Assembly (NCBI GenBank): GCA_046757165.1
Contig: JBHHXT010000008.1
Span: 1-60,977, forward strand
Direction: 5' to 3'
Length of the DNA stretch: 60,977 nucleotides
Source of the DNA: a bacterium
GTDB lineage: Bacteria; Zhuqueibacterota; Zhuqueibacteria; Oceanimicrobiales; Oceanimicrobiaceae
Under the pieces are notes generated by a model. That model was given only the letters and a program-made list of their open reading frames with translations, was not told the origin of the DNA and searched no databases. Positions 38,923 to 48,887 of the stretch are shown here, piece by piece. Position 1 is the stretch's first letter; the number at the start of each line of letters is the position of its first letter. The translations under genes and the position numbers were made by a program.

Positions 38923-41016
38923 ATGAATAGAGTTTTGTTCATCGCACTTTTGAGTTTTATTTTTTCATCCTGCGCCTACTTCAACACCTTCCATAACACC
39001 AAGAAGCTATACAATCAAGCAACAAAAGAACGCAAGAAGCGGACGGACGACGTTCTCGGCGCGACGGAGCGCAAGCTCTATGACGATACCATAGCGAAGG
39101 CGTCGAAGATTCTCGAGCTTTACCCTCGCAGTAAGTATGTCGATGATGCCCTTTTCATTCTGGGTGAATGTCTATATCACAAGGGCGAATCGATTAAGGC
39201 GCAACGAAAGTTTCAGGAGCTAACGACTTACTTCCCCGGGAGTGAATATTTCGACAGAGCGAAAGTTTGGCTGGCAAAGACAGATGTCCGATTGAAAGAC
39301 CGGGCTGCGGCGAAAATCATTCTAAATGAGCTTCTGCAAAGGCCCGACCTGGACAAAGCGCTCGAGCAGGAGGCAAGCTTTCTCCTGGGTGAAATCCACT
39401 TTGGCCAGGGATATTATGAACAGGCGGCTCATGAGTTTCACGACGCCGCCAAGCTGGGAAAGGAGAAGACGACCACCTCGGAGGCGTGGCTGAATTTGGG
39501 CCAGTGTCAACTATTCTTTGGAAATAACCAGGCAGCGGTGACGAGCTTTAAGAACGCCGTGAAACAAAGCCCGGACAATTTGCAGGGGTTTGAGGCCCGT
39601 CTTAGCTACGCAAGAGCACTAAAATTGACCGGTGACTTCAAGAATGCCGCCAGGCTCTGTAACGAGCTCCAGGAAAATCAGATTTACCAGAAAAAGCATG
39701 GCTACGTACAATTGGAGCTTGCAGACATCATCTATCAGGAAGGAAAAGCGCTCAATGAAAAACTGAAGGGGACAGATCTGCAGTACTTAGGCAAGATCGA
39801 GGAGGCGGTCGAAAAGTACGACATCGTGATCCTGCAAAACAAGCGATCCGAGGTCGCGGCAATCGCGCACTATCGCATCGCCAAAATTAGAGAGAATGAC
39901 CTGCACGACTTTCCGGGCGCAAAAGAACATTACGAGAAAGTCAAACTGGAATACAGCCGTTCAGAATATGCCGAGGAGGCTGAGCAAAGAGCCAAGAGTA
40001 TCGGCGATCTCATCCGGCTCACCAACCTGGTGCGGGAGGCACAGGGACAACAGTTGATGGCGGAATCACAATCGAGTCAAGGGCTCTCCGAACTCGAGCT
40101 CCTTCTGCTGGAGCATGGCGTGCATCCTGAGTTGCGCTTTATGCAAGAGCAAAAAGAACTGGCACGAGTGGCTCGATCGTCCGTGGATTCGGATGCCTCA
40201 GGCCCGAGCAGCGAGGAAATGCTGCAAATCGAACGTCTGAATCAACTGGTGCGCAACAAGCTGCAACTGGCGGAAATCTATCTTTTTCAATTTGGTCAGA
40301 TCGATTCCGCACTGGCGCAGTATCGCCAGGTTGTCGAGCTCTTTCCAGACCATCCCGCCGCCGCTAAAGCCATTTACTCCACGGCGTATGTTTACGAGAA
40401 TGAATTCCACAACAAGTTCAAAACGGATTCGTTGCTGTATCTTTTGATCGAGAGATTTCCGGAATCAGAACAGGCACGCGAGGCGCACCGGAAATTGGGA
40501 CTTCCGGTGACGAAGAGTGATGAGCCAGCCGCTGAACTGTTCCGGCGGGCAGAAACCACCTTGTTCACTCACCGCGATGCAACTCGAGCACTGCAACAGT
40601 ACAGAAGGGTCATCAGGATGTATCCCGACTCCGATTATGCGCCGAAAGCGTTATATGCCTCGGGTTGGATTCATGAGCAAATCTTATTCGACAATGACAA
40701 GGCGGCCGAAATCTATCTGGAGATTCAGAAAAACTATCCGGACTCTGAGTACTTCAATTCCATCAACCAGAAATTACTCGCTCTGGAAAATCTCAACCCT
40801 GCGGATGAGGCACGACCTGATGTGACCCCTACCCGGGAACAGCAGCCCACCGAGGTGCTCAGGGAAAAAACACCGGCAAACGGCCCGGATGAGGCGCTGT
40901 CAACGCCACAGCTAGAGCCATCCCCGGAGGAGTTGCTGGAAATAAAGAAACGAAAACTGTTGGACAGGCGCGCAGCGAAGCGAAGAGCGCGCGAACCGTC
41001 GAAAAAAGACAAGTAG
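38923..41016 (+). CDS. TPR-repeat lipoprotein (possibly SprE/PorW-like)
   Basis: Lipobox FSSC followed by AYFNTFHN; YPRSKYVDDAL; repeated YP.S.Y TPR ends. Confidence 0.75.
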   Translation: MNRVLFIALLSFIFSSCAYFNTFHNTKKLYNQATKERKKRTDDVLGATERKLYDDTIAKASKILELYPRSKYVDDALFILGECLYHKGESIKAQRKFQELTTYFPGSEYFDRAKVWLAKTDVRLKDRAAAKIILNELLQRPDLDKALEQEASFLLGEIHFGQGYYEQAAHEFHDAAKLGKEKTTTSEAWLNLGQCQLFFGNNQAAVTSFKNAVKQSPDNLQGFEARLSYARALKLTGDFKNAARLCNELQENQIYQKKHGYVQLELADIIYQEGKALNEKLKGTDLQYLGKIEEAVEKYDIVILQNKRSEVAAIAHYRIAKIRENDLHDFPGAKEHYEKVKLEYSRSEYAEEAEQRAKSIGDLIRLTNLVREAQGQQLMAESQSSQGLSELELLLLEHGVHPELRFMQEQKELARVARSSVDSDASGPSSEEMLQIERLNQLVRNKLQLAEIYLFQFGQIDSALAQYRQVVELFPDHPAAAKAIYSTAYVYENEFHNKFKTDSLLYLLIERFPESEQAREAHRKLGLPVTKSDEPAAELFRRAETTLFTHRDATRALQQYRRVIRMYPDSDYAPKALYASGWIHEQILFDNDKAAEIYLEIQKNYPDSEYFNSINQKLLALENLNPADEARPDVTPTREQQPTEVLREKTPANGPDEALSTPQLEPSPEELLEIKKRKLLDRRAAKRRAREPSKKDK

Positions 41017-41033
41017 GAGCGCGAGCTGGGAGC

Positions 41034-41873
41034 GTGAATGAGGAAAGTGTCTCAGTCGGACAGGATTACAAATGCATCGATGACTGTGCAGTGCTTTCTA
41101 TCGAGAACCTGAGCGGAGATGTTTATTGCATGCGTCTGGCCGGGCGGCACATTGCACACCAGTGCAGCCCCGGACAGTTTGTCAACCTCAAAGTCACCCA
41201 GCAATATATTCCTTTCTTGCGAAAACCGTTCAGCGTATGCCGGCGGGACAAAGAAGCCGGTTGGTTTGAAATTCTGTGGAAAATCGTGGGCACAGGGACA
41301 GCAGCGATGGCCAGGGCCAAACCCGGCGATACGTTCAATGTCATCGGTCCGTTAGGGCGTGGCTACCGTGAGCCGCAAAATATGACCACCGCAATCCTTG
41401 TAGGAGGTGGGCTGGGTATCGCTCCTCTCCTTTTTTTGTGCGAAGAGCTGCGGCGAAACGGCGTGCATGTGGAGGTATTTTTTGGGGCACGTTCAGCCAG
41501 CGATCTTGCCATGGTGGACGTTTTCCAGGAGATGGATGTGACGGTGACAATCACCACTGAAGATGGCAGCGCTGGCACACGAGGGGTCATCACCGAGGCG
41601 CTGATCGAGCGCCTCAACACGGGATTCGACATAGAGCGCGTTCATCTTTTTAGTTGCGGCCCCACCCGGTTCCTGCAAAGCATGATTCACATTACCGAAA
41701 CATTTGGCATCGAGGGCCAGATCGCCATCGAGACCATGATGGCCTGCGGATTTGGCATCTGTGTTGGCTGTCCGGTAAGAGCGCGAGAGCCAAAGCCCGG
41801 GGAGAAACAGTACAAACTGACATGCATTGAGGGACCGGTTTTCGGTGCCCGCGAGGTGGTGCTCGATGGTTGA
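41034..41873 (+). CDS. pyrK: Dihydroorotate dehydrogenase electron-transfer subunit
   Basis: PGQFV, LRKPFS, GPLGRG, GGGLGIAP, MACGFGICVGC...C..GPVF. Confidence 0.93.
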   Translation: MNEESVSVGQDYKCIDDCAVLSIENLSGDVYCMRLAGRHIAHQCSPGQFVNLKVTQQYIPFLRKPFSVCRRDKEAGWFEILWKIVGTGTAAMARAKPGDTFNVIGPLGRGYREPQNMTTAILVGGGLGIAPLLFLCEELRRNGVHVEVFFGARSASDLAMVDVFQEMDVTVTITTEDGSAGTRGVITEALIERLNTGFDIERVHLFSCGPTRFLQSMIHITETFGIEGQIAIETMMACGFGICVGCPVRAREPKPGEKQYKLTCIEGPVFGAREVVLDG

Positions 41874-42783
41874 TCTATCGACGAAGCTCGGACGTCTGTC
41901 CCTGAAGAATCCGGTTTTGGTCGCCTCTGGCACGTTTGGATACGGCCGGGAAAGTGAGCCCCTGGTTGACTTGAACGCGTTAGGAGCACTCATCACCAAG
42001 TCCGTGAGTCTGGAGCCGCGAGATGGGAATCCGCCGCCGCGGATTTTCGAGCTGCCGGCTGGCATGCTCAACTCTATCGGTCTCGCCAATGTCGGAGTAG
42101 AGGCTTTCGTGCGCGAGAAGCTGCCATTCCTGCGCACACTTGACACGACGGTTGTGGTGAACATCGCCGGCCGTACAGCGGATGAATATCTGGCGGTGGT
42201 GCGACGACTGGAGGAAGAGCAGGGGATAGATGGCTACGAGCTGAATTTTTCGTGCCCGAATGTGAAAAAGGGCGGGCTCGAATTCAGCCAGGACCCAAGG
42301 TTGACCGCCAGCGTGACACAGGCGGTCCGGGACGCGACCGAGCGGCCGCTGATCATCAAACTGACACCCAATGTGACCCGAGTCAGCGACGTTGCTCAGG
42401 CAACCGCCGAGAGTGGGGCAGATGCGGTTTCACTCATCAATACGCTGCTCGGCTTTGCTGTCGATGTGAAAACCCGGCGACCGCGGATTCACACCGGAAC
42501 CGCTGGCTACTCCGGGCTCGCCATCAAGCCTGTTGCCCTGGCCAAGGTCCTCGAGGTCGTGCAACATGTCGACATTCCGGTCATTGGCATCGGCGGCATC
42601 ATGGGAGTCAACGACGCCCTGGAGTTCCTGATCACCGGTGCGTGCGCCATCCAGGTCGGAACGGCGAACTTTATCGATCCCTGCACGGGCCAAAAGATCG
42701 TACAAGGACTCATCGACTATTGTGCCGCGAACAGGATCGGGGCGGTTTCCGAGCTGATCGGTTCTTTGAAGATGTGGTCATAG
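41866..42783 (+). CDS. pyrD: Dihydroorotate dehydrogenase class 1B catalytic subunit
   Basis: ASGTFGYG, GN.PPR, LNSIGL.N, ELNFSCPNV, KLTPN, INT. Confidence 0.95.
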   Translation: MVDLSTKLGRLSLKNPVLVASGTFGYGRESEPLVDLNALGALITKSVSLEPRDGNPPPRIFELPAGMLNSIGLANVGVEAFVREKLPFLRTLDTTVVVNIAGRTADEYLAVVRRLEEEQGIDGYELNFSCPNVKKGGLEFSQDPRLTASVTQAVRDATERPLIIKLTPNVTRVSDVAQATAESGADAVSLINTLLGFAVDVKTRRPRIHTGTAGYSGLAIKPVALAKVLEVVQHVDIPVIGIGGIMGVNDALEFLITGACAIQVGTANFIDPCTGQKIVQGLIDYCAANRIGAVSELIGSLKMWS

Positions 42784-42977
42784 CAGCAAACTGAAAAAGA
42801 AGCCAAGAAATGACCAAACGCGGTCTGTGACCGTGTTTTCACGAAGCCGGTTGTCCTTTTGCTTGACCTGGACTTGCAAAAGACACCGTTACAAACGGTG
42901 TCGGATCGGTGCTAGCTGGCGTTTGGTAACGCGAGGCGCGGGCTCATGTATTGACAAAAACAGGAGGGAGGATTCCA

Positions 42978-43808
42978 GTGGCTGCTTTAGAAACGCTTGG
43001 CGTCAGAACCCTCATCACCGTCCTTTTCGGTCCGTTGATTCTGGTCGCAGCGTGGTTGGGAGGTGCGTTTTTCCTGGCGGTCGTGGCCGTGATCGTCATT
43101 CTGGCGATGCACGAGTTTTACAGCATGGGCAGGCAGAAGGGCACACATCCCGCCACGTTTCTGGGGATAGCCAGCGGCGCTGCCCTGTCTCTTTTGCTTT
43201 TTCTGGATCATCTCACCCATATCTGGCTTTTGCTCATCGGCGCATTTCTCCTGATCGTGACCGTGGAGCTCTTCCGCAACCGGGACGCTCCGATGCTTAA
43301 TGTTGCCGTGACGCTCATGGGGTTGTTTTACATTGCGCTTCCCTTCGGCTTTTTGATTCTGATCCGGGAGCTCCCGGGCCACATGGGCCGGAGCGCTAGT
43401 TTAGGTGGTGAACTGGTCATTTTGATTTTTCTGGCGATCTGGATTTGCGACTCTGCCGCTTATATTTTGGGCGCGCGTTTTGGCAAACACAAGCTTTTCA
43501 CGCGCGTGAGTCCGAACAAAACCATCGAGGGAACACTCTTCGGGTTTGTTTTCGCGCTCGTGACCGCGTATGTCAGTCATGTGACCTTCCTGGGAGCGCT
43601 CGGTCTCGGAGAGACGCTGGTGATCGGGGCCATTTGCGGTAGTGTTGGGCAGGTGAGTGACTTGATCGAATCCCTTTTCAAGCGTGACGCCGGGGTCAAA
43701 GATTCTTCAAGTCTGATTCCGGGCCACGGGGGCGTGTTGGACCGCTTTGACAGTGAAATTCTGGTGGCGCCGGTCGTCTACCTGTATCTTCGCTTTCTGG
43801 TGGTTTGA
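42978..43808 (+). CDS. cdsA: Phosphatidate cytidylyltransferase
   Basis: DSAAY..G..FGKHKL..VSPNKT.EG, ES.FKR..GVKDS...IPGHGG.LDRFDS; GTG after GGAGG. Confidence 0.95.
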   Translation: MAALETLGVRTLITVLFGPLILVAAWLGGAFFLAVVAVIVILAMHEFYSMGRQKGTHPATFLGIASGAALSLLLFLDHLTHIWLLLIGAFLLIVTVELFRNRDAPMLNVAVTLMGLFYIALPFGFLILIRELPGHMGRSASLGGELVILIFLAIWICDSAAYILGARFGKHKLFTRVSPNKTIEGTLFGFVFALVTAYVSHVTFLGALGLGETLVIGAICGSVGQVSDLIESLFKRDAGVKDSSSLIPGHGGVLDRFDSEILVAPVVYLYLRFLVV

Positions 43809-43810
43809 AA

Positions 43811-44758
43811 TTAGAGCAGGATTTTGCCGTCCTCGATGATCCGTCTGCCATCGATGGTCAGAGTGGGGTTTGTAACCATGCCCTTGATGGCGTGCACGAT
43901 TCTTCCCTGAACGCCAGTCACCTGGTCTTGCCCGAGGGAAAGGTAGATTGCCCCCAGACACTTCTCATCTTCCTGGGCCGAGTTTCCGAATTTGACCCGG
44001 GCGTTGGTGCCAACGCCTAGCTCGCAAATTCTGCGGCCATTTTTGCCGAATTTGCGAATATCCTTGCGCAACATCTCGGCCTCTCTCTGGCCCTTTATTT
44101 GTGTGATGTAGCCTTTGGTCACGTTGAGAAGAACAGGCCGATGAAGTTTTCGCTTCATGCCGGCGATGCGATCGAGGGTCACCCGACCCTCGATGTTTCG
44201 GTTCAACATCATGGAAGCTTTGCCGGCTGGCAGGGAGGAAAGCTCGCCAGCGCTGCGGGCAAAGCCAGTCTCGGCGATACCCATGATTCTGGCGATGGCT
44301 ATTTTCGCCTCTGTGCCGCTGGGCGAAGTGAGCTCGATTGTCTTGCCAATGGAAAAGAGATCCGCAAGCTTGCGGCTCAGGTTAGACGCCAGGTTCAGGT
44401 TTGTTTCGAAGGTGCGCTCTATCATGGCCAGCGAGGCATGTTGCAGCACGATCACGCGTGAGCCATTCTGTCGTGCCTGATCGAACAATTGCTCGCCGAG
44501 ATGGGTTGGTGTGAGGATAACACAGGCGTCCGCATGTTTCAGCGAGGTCGTGATGCTTGCTGACAGCTCATGGCAGTTCGTATTCTTATTGGCGTAATGT
44601 ATCGAAATCAGGTTTTTGGTAATCCGCCTGGCCGTGTTCCAGATAGCCGCCGCGATCTCAGAAAGGTTCTCGTGGGAGACAATGACAAAATGCTCCCCGC
44701 GCTGCAGATTCAAACATTCTCTGAGGATCGTTCGAACTGATTTTTGCAGCGTCATCAT
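43811..44758 (-). CDS. M29 (aminopeptidase T-like) family protein, apparently catalytically degenerate
   Basis: LPAG, ELGVGTN, EDEK..G, NPTL.IDG..I..DG; several metal ligands substituted. Confidence 0.75.
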   Translation of the reverse strand: MMTLQKSVRTILRECLNLQRGEHFVIVSHENLSEIAAAIWNTARRITKNLISIHYANKNTNCHELSASITTSLKHADACVILTPTHLGEQLFDQARQNGSRVIVLQHASLAMIERTFETNLNLASNLSRKLADLFSIGKTIELTSPSGTEAKIAIARIMGIAETGFARSAGELSSLPAGKASMMLNRNIEGRVTLDRIAGMKRKLHRPVLLNVTKGYITQIKGQREAEMLRKDIRKFGKNGRRICELGVGTNARVKFGNSAQEDEKCLGAIYLSLGQDQVTGVQGRIVHAIKGMVTNPTLTIDGRRIIEDGKILL

Positions 44759-45005
44759 TTGAGGATCTCTTAGCCTGGATGGTTCCTAGAAGTTTAGCCG
44801 AAAAGTTCGGGCATATCGGCATGCGCCGGGGTCTGTAACAGACCCACGATCTGGGCTTGCCGATCATACCTCAGGCAAAAGAATGAGTCGCACATCAATC
44901 TATGGTGAACAACCCTCTGCTGTTCGCTTCGCGCTTCCTTCGAAATCCTCCAACGAGGCTGGGCATTTTCGCGTGCAGCGAATGGTCAGGGGGCTGTAAT
45001 CCAGA

Positions 45006-46256
45006 TTAGGAACGTAAAGCAACATAGGCGAATACTTTGGCATCCGTTAAGATATTATCTATCTTGACATATTCATTGGGTTCGTGCAAGGTCTCGTCTT
45101 GTGTTGCCCAGACGACGGCGGGAAACCCGGCTTGTCGAAAAAACGCCGCCACCGTGCCGCCGCCGATTCCCATCGGTTTCGAGCCAATTCCCTTGATCTC
45201 CTGAATCCCGGCCTGAATTGCTTTGACCACAGGCGCGTCAACGGAGGTCGGCGGTGGCGCCTCCAGCAACTGCTCTAAACTGACCTCCACTTTGACCTGG
45301 TGGCTTTGTTCTACCTCCCGGCAGATTTTCTTGACACTTTCCTCCAGACTCGCCACCTGATATTCAGGCAAAATCCGGCAGTCGAAGCAAAAAATGTCCT
45401 CACCAGGAATCGTGTTGATGTTGGGAACATTCGCTTCCTTCCTGGTGGGCTCAAAGGTGCTGATGGGAGGGTCGAATACAGGATTGACGGCGTCATAGAT
45501 TTCATAGAGCTGGTTGAGTTTGACAACGAGCGCCGCACCAGCCTTGAACGCATTGATGCCCAGCTCAGGGGTCGAGCCATGCGTTTGCTTGCCCAGGACT
45601 GTGAACTTGAACCACAGGATGCTCTTTTCCGCCACTTCGACCAGGGTGCCATCCGCATTGCCGGCATCAGGGATGATGATCAGGTCGTCGTGTGAAAACA
45701 GATCCTTGTGCTGCTGCAGAAGAAATTGTATCCCGTACTTGCTGCCGGTTTCCTCATCGGCGACCAGCAGCAGCCCCACATCGCAAGCCGGCGCAAACCC
45801 CTCGTCGCGAAAGGCCTTCGACGCCAACAGGGAGGAGACGATACCTTGCTGATTGTCCTCTGTCCCACGACCGTAGATCTTTCCGTCTTCGACGCGTACA
45901 GTCCACGGGTCGCTGCTCCATTTGGACAGGTCCCCGGGGGGGACCACATCCATGTGCGACATGAGCCAGAGAGTCCTGGCCTGGCTTCTCCCTTTTAGCC
46001 TGGCGACGATATTAGGCCGCGTGCCAGAGGACACGCGCTCATCAGGAGCATTGTAGAGGTCGATTTCATCACAATGCAGCTCGTTTTGCAGGTAGGCACG
46101 CAAAACCCGGGCCTTCTCATGTTCACCCTCCCCGCCATTCTCCGGCGCCAGGGCCGGAATGGCGGTGAGGGTTCTCTGGATGTTGACCGCCTCCTCCACG
46201 TAGGAGTCGATACGGTCGCAGAGTTTGTGCAGGGCTGTTTTATCCAACTCGCTCAT
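45006..46256 (-). CDS. M20 family metallopeptidase (ArgE/DapE-like)
   Basis: SHMDVVPPG, YGRGTEDN, ADEETGS, HEPNE. Confidence 0.9.
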   Translation of the reverse strand: MSELDKTALHKLCDRIDSYVEEAVNIQRTLTAIPALAPENGGEGEHEKARVLRAYLQNELHCDEIDLYNAPDERVSSGTRPNIVARLKGRSQARTLWLMSHMDVVPPGDLSKWSSDPWTVRVEDGKIYGRGTEDNQQGIVSSLLASKAFRDEGFAPACDVGLLLVADEETGSKYGIQFLLQQHKDLFSHDDLIIIPDAGNADGTLVEVAEKSILWFKFTVLGKQTHGSTPELGINAFKAGAALVVKLNQLYEIYDAVNPVFDPPISTFEPTRKEANVPNINTIPGEDIFCFDCRILPEYQVASLEESVKKICREVEQSHQVKVEVSLEQLLEAPPPTSVDAPVVKAIQAGIQEIKGIGSKPMGIGGGTVAAFFRQAGFPAVVWATQDETLHEPNEYVKIDNILTDAKVFAYVALRS

Positions 46257-46275
46257 CAGGTGGCTGCTAATTCAT

Positions 46276-46620
46276 TCATGACATCCAGATAATTGTTTTG
46301 CTTCTTTCAAGCGTCGCTAAGAAATGGTGCAGCCTGTCGAAAACCGGGTCGACTTTGTTGCCAAATTGTGCCGAAAGCGCTTCACCAATCTCCTTGACGC
46401 TGTGTGAGCCGTCGCATCTTTGCCAAACAAAACTTCCGATTTCATCCAACTTTACACGGCGCCTGGGACGCTTCATCTTTGACATGAACCAGCGCCCGAT
46501 GACATGGTTATCGAATTTCGGAATCAGGAGCACGCACAGGTCCTTGCCAGCGTGCTCCCACTCCCGGTTCCATTTTGGATACCGCATCAAGAATTCCTGG
46601 TCTTGCTCGAATTCAGTCAT
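46276..46620 (-). CDS. PqqD/RRE-like small protein
   Basis: V.LDEIGSFVWQ.CDG..SV.EI...L...FG. Confidence 0.8.
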   Translation of the reverse strand: MTEFEQDQEFLMRYPKWNREWEHAGKDLCVLLIPKFDNHVIGRWFMSKMKRPRRRVKLDEIGSFVWQRCDGSHSVKEIGEALSAQFGNKVDPVFDRLHHFLATLERSKTIIWMS

Positions 46621-48582
46621 CTAACTTTTGTTCGAAGCATCCATCGGAACTTTGATCAAAGCATAGAACAGGATGGCGAAAACAACCAGACCCAGCCAGG
46701 CCGTGCTTCCGGGAGACAAGCTTGCGAGTGTGAACGAGCTCTCTCCAACGTTCAGCGCCAGAACCACAAAGGCCAGAATCACAGCCATGAGCGACTCACC
46801 GGCGATGAGGCCGGAGGCCAGCAGCACGCCGGTGTTTTCTGCCCTGGTTTTTTGGGCGGCGGGGAAATTCTTCTGGGCCATGTTCCGATCCATAAACCAT
46901 TTGATCAGGCCACCGACGAAGATGGCCGCCGTCGAGCTAAAGGGCAAATACATGCCCACCGCAATCAACATGGGCGACGGCGCTTTGATCAGGATCAGTC
47001 CGATGGCGAAGAAAATCCCGACGATCACCAACGGCCAGGCCATCTCTCCGCCAACAATCCCCTGTGACATCAAAGCCATCAGCCCGGCCTGCGGGGCCGG
47101 GAGCTGAGCGCTGCCGATGACGTAGACTTTGTCCATCACCGCAATGAAGGGCATCAGCACCGCGCCGGCCACGAGCACTCCGATGATTTCGCCCAGCTCC
47201 ATACGCCACGGCGTTCCACCCAGAATGTGCCCCACTTTCAGATCCTGGAGCATATCCCCCGCGATAGCAGCAGCACAGCAAACCACCCCCGCGACAGCCA
47301 AAACCGCGGCCACGCCTTTCGCGCCGGTCACACCGATGGCGACCATCAGAACCGCGGAGATGAGCAGGGTGGACAACGTCAAGCCGCTGATGGGGTTGTT
47401 CGAGCTTCCGATGAGCCCGACCAGATAACCGGCGACCGCAGAGAAGAGAAAACCCACGATCAACAAAACCACGGTCAGCAGCAGAGAGCCGAGCAGAGAG
47501 CCGCTGAAATAGTTGTACAGTAAATACTGCGGCACGGCCAGGATAGCAATGGCCAACAAGATCTTTTTGAAATCGAGATCGATCTCCAGTCTGGATACCG
47601 GCCCGGCATGCGCTTTGATCTTTTGCAAATTCTTGAACGCTTTGCTCATCCCTTCCATCAGAGACGTGCGCAGGTTGTAAAGGGTGTAAAAAGCGGCCAC
47701 GATCATGGTGCCGACGGCAAGCGGACGAATTTGACGGAACCACACCTCATCACTGATGGCGAGCCAGTCATGGCTTGCCGCAAATTCCTGCAGCGATGGG
47801 TCCAGAAAAACCGCCAGCGGGACGAGCAGCAAGTGCCCCACCACCGAACCGGCAAATAAGACTGCCGAGATATTGAATCCAACGATATAGCCGACACCGA
47901 CCAGCGCAGGAGAAGCAGATGGCGTTTCCAGTTTGATTCCTCCCGAAAAAAGCTTGGAGGTGCCCAGAAACTGAATCTTGGACTGTGCGAAGCTAAAAAA
48001 GCGTGCAACCGAGTCCTGAACCAGGTGGATGCCGTTGCTGTTTTTGAACAGTTCGATCAGAGCAGAGAGCCCCATGGCGCCGAAGACGTAGATTGCGCCT
48101 GTCGCGCCGCCCTGTCCGGCTTTGACGATTTCGGCCGCGGCCACGCTTTCAGGATAGGGCAGGTTCGCCTCCTCAACCATCGTTTTTCGCAAAAGCACGA
48201 TGAACATCACGCCGAGCGAGCCGCCGATCAACATGATCATGGCTCCCTCCAGCAGATGGTCCATCAGGTTTTCCCAGACGCCGCTCAAGACGAAGGCGGG
48301 GATCGTGAAGATCGCCCCGGCGACCAGTGCCTCACCCACCGAGGCCGTTGTTCGTGCGACGTTTTCTTCGAGAATGGTGCCTTTGAATCCTCTCAACGCT
48401 GCCATTGCGACCACCGCAGCCGGAAAGGTTGCGGCAACCGTCAGGCCAGCTTTCATGCCCAGGTATGCGTTGGCAGCGCCTAGTACCACCGCCATCACAA
48501 CCCCAAGAAAAACTGCTTTGAAGGTAAACTCTTTCAAATCTGAGTCCGCTGGAACAAAAGGTTTGAAATCCGGATTACTCAT
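46621..48582 (-). CDS. OPT family oligopeptide transporter
   Basis: AANAYLGMKAG, IFTIPA, L.YPE, GLIGSSNNPISG, QDLKVG, APQAGLM, ASGLIAGE. Confidence 0.95.
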   Translation of the reverse strand: MSNPDFKPFVPADSDLKEFTFKAVFLGVVMAVVLGAANAYLGMKAGLTVAATFPAAVVAMAALRGFKGTILEENVARTTASVGEALVAGAIFTIPAFVLSGVWENLMDHLLEGAMIMLIGGSLGVMFIVLLRKTMVEEANLPYPESVAAAEIVKAGQGGATGAIYVFGAMGLSALIELFKNSNGIHLVQDSVARFFSFAQSKIQFLGTSKLFSGGIKLETPSASPALVGVGYIVGFNISAVLFAGSVVGHLLLVPLAVFLDPSLQEFAASHDWLAISDEVWFRQIRPLAVGTMIVAAFYTLYNLRTSLMEGMSKAFKNLQKIKAHAGPVSRLEIDLDFKKILLAIAILAVPQYLLYNYFSGSLLGSLLLTVVLLIVGFLFSAVAGYLVGLIGSSNNPISGLTLSTLLISAVLMVAIGVTGAKGVAAVLAVAGVVCCAAAIAGDMLQDLKVGHILGGTPWRMELGEIIGVLVAGAVLMPFIAVMDKVYVIGSAQLPAPQAGLMALMSQGIVGGEMAWPLVIVGIFFAIGLILIKAPSPMLIAVGMYLPFSSTAAIFVGGLIKWFMDRNMAQKNFPAAQKTRAENTGVLLASGLIAGESLMAVILAFVVLALNVGESSFTLASLSPGSTAWLGLVVFAILFYALIKVPMDASNKS

Positions 48583-48887
48583 ATCACCTCCGTTGCGAGA
48601 ATGAATAGGAACAAGTCTTAGACAAAACGCGCAGTAATCTACCCTGTGCGGCTTGCCCCGACTTCTTCCCCGGGATGCAAACGAGATGTCGGCAGTTGCC
48701 GCGCTGGGAATTCAAGAGTGGTGAGGCTGAATGGAAATATTCCTCCGATCTGAGGGCCAACTTAAAAGAAATTACTAAAAAAGTCAAGCGAAAAGTTCGG
48801 TCGCCGTCAATGAACTGCTTTTTTGTTTGATTTTTCTAAAAACAATTGTATATTCTTAATCTTGAGATCCAACTGGGAGAATCGGCC

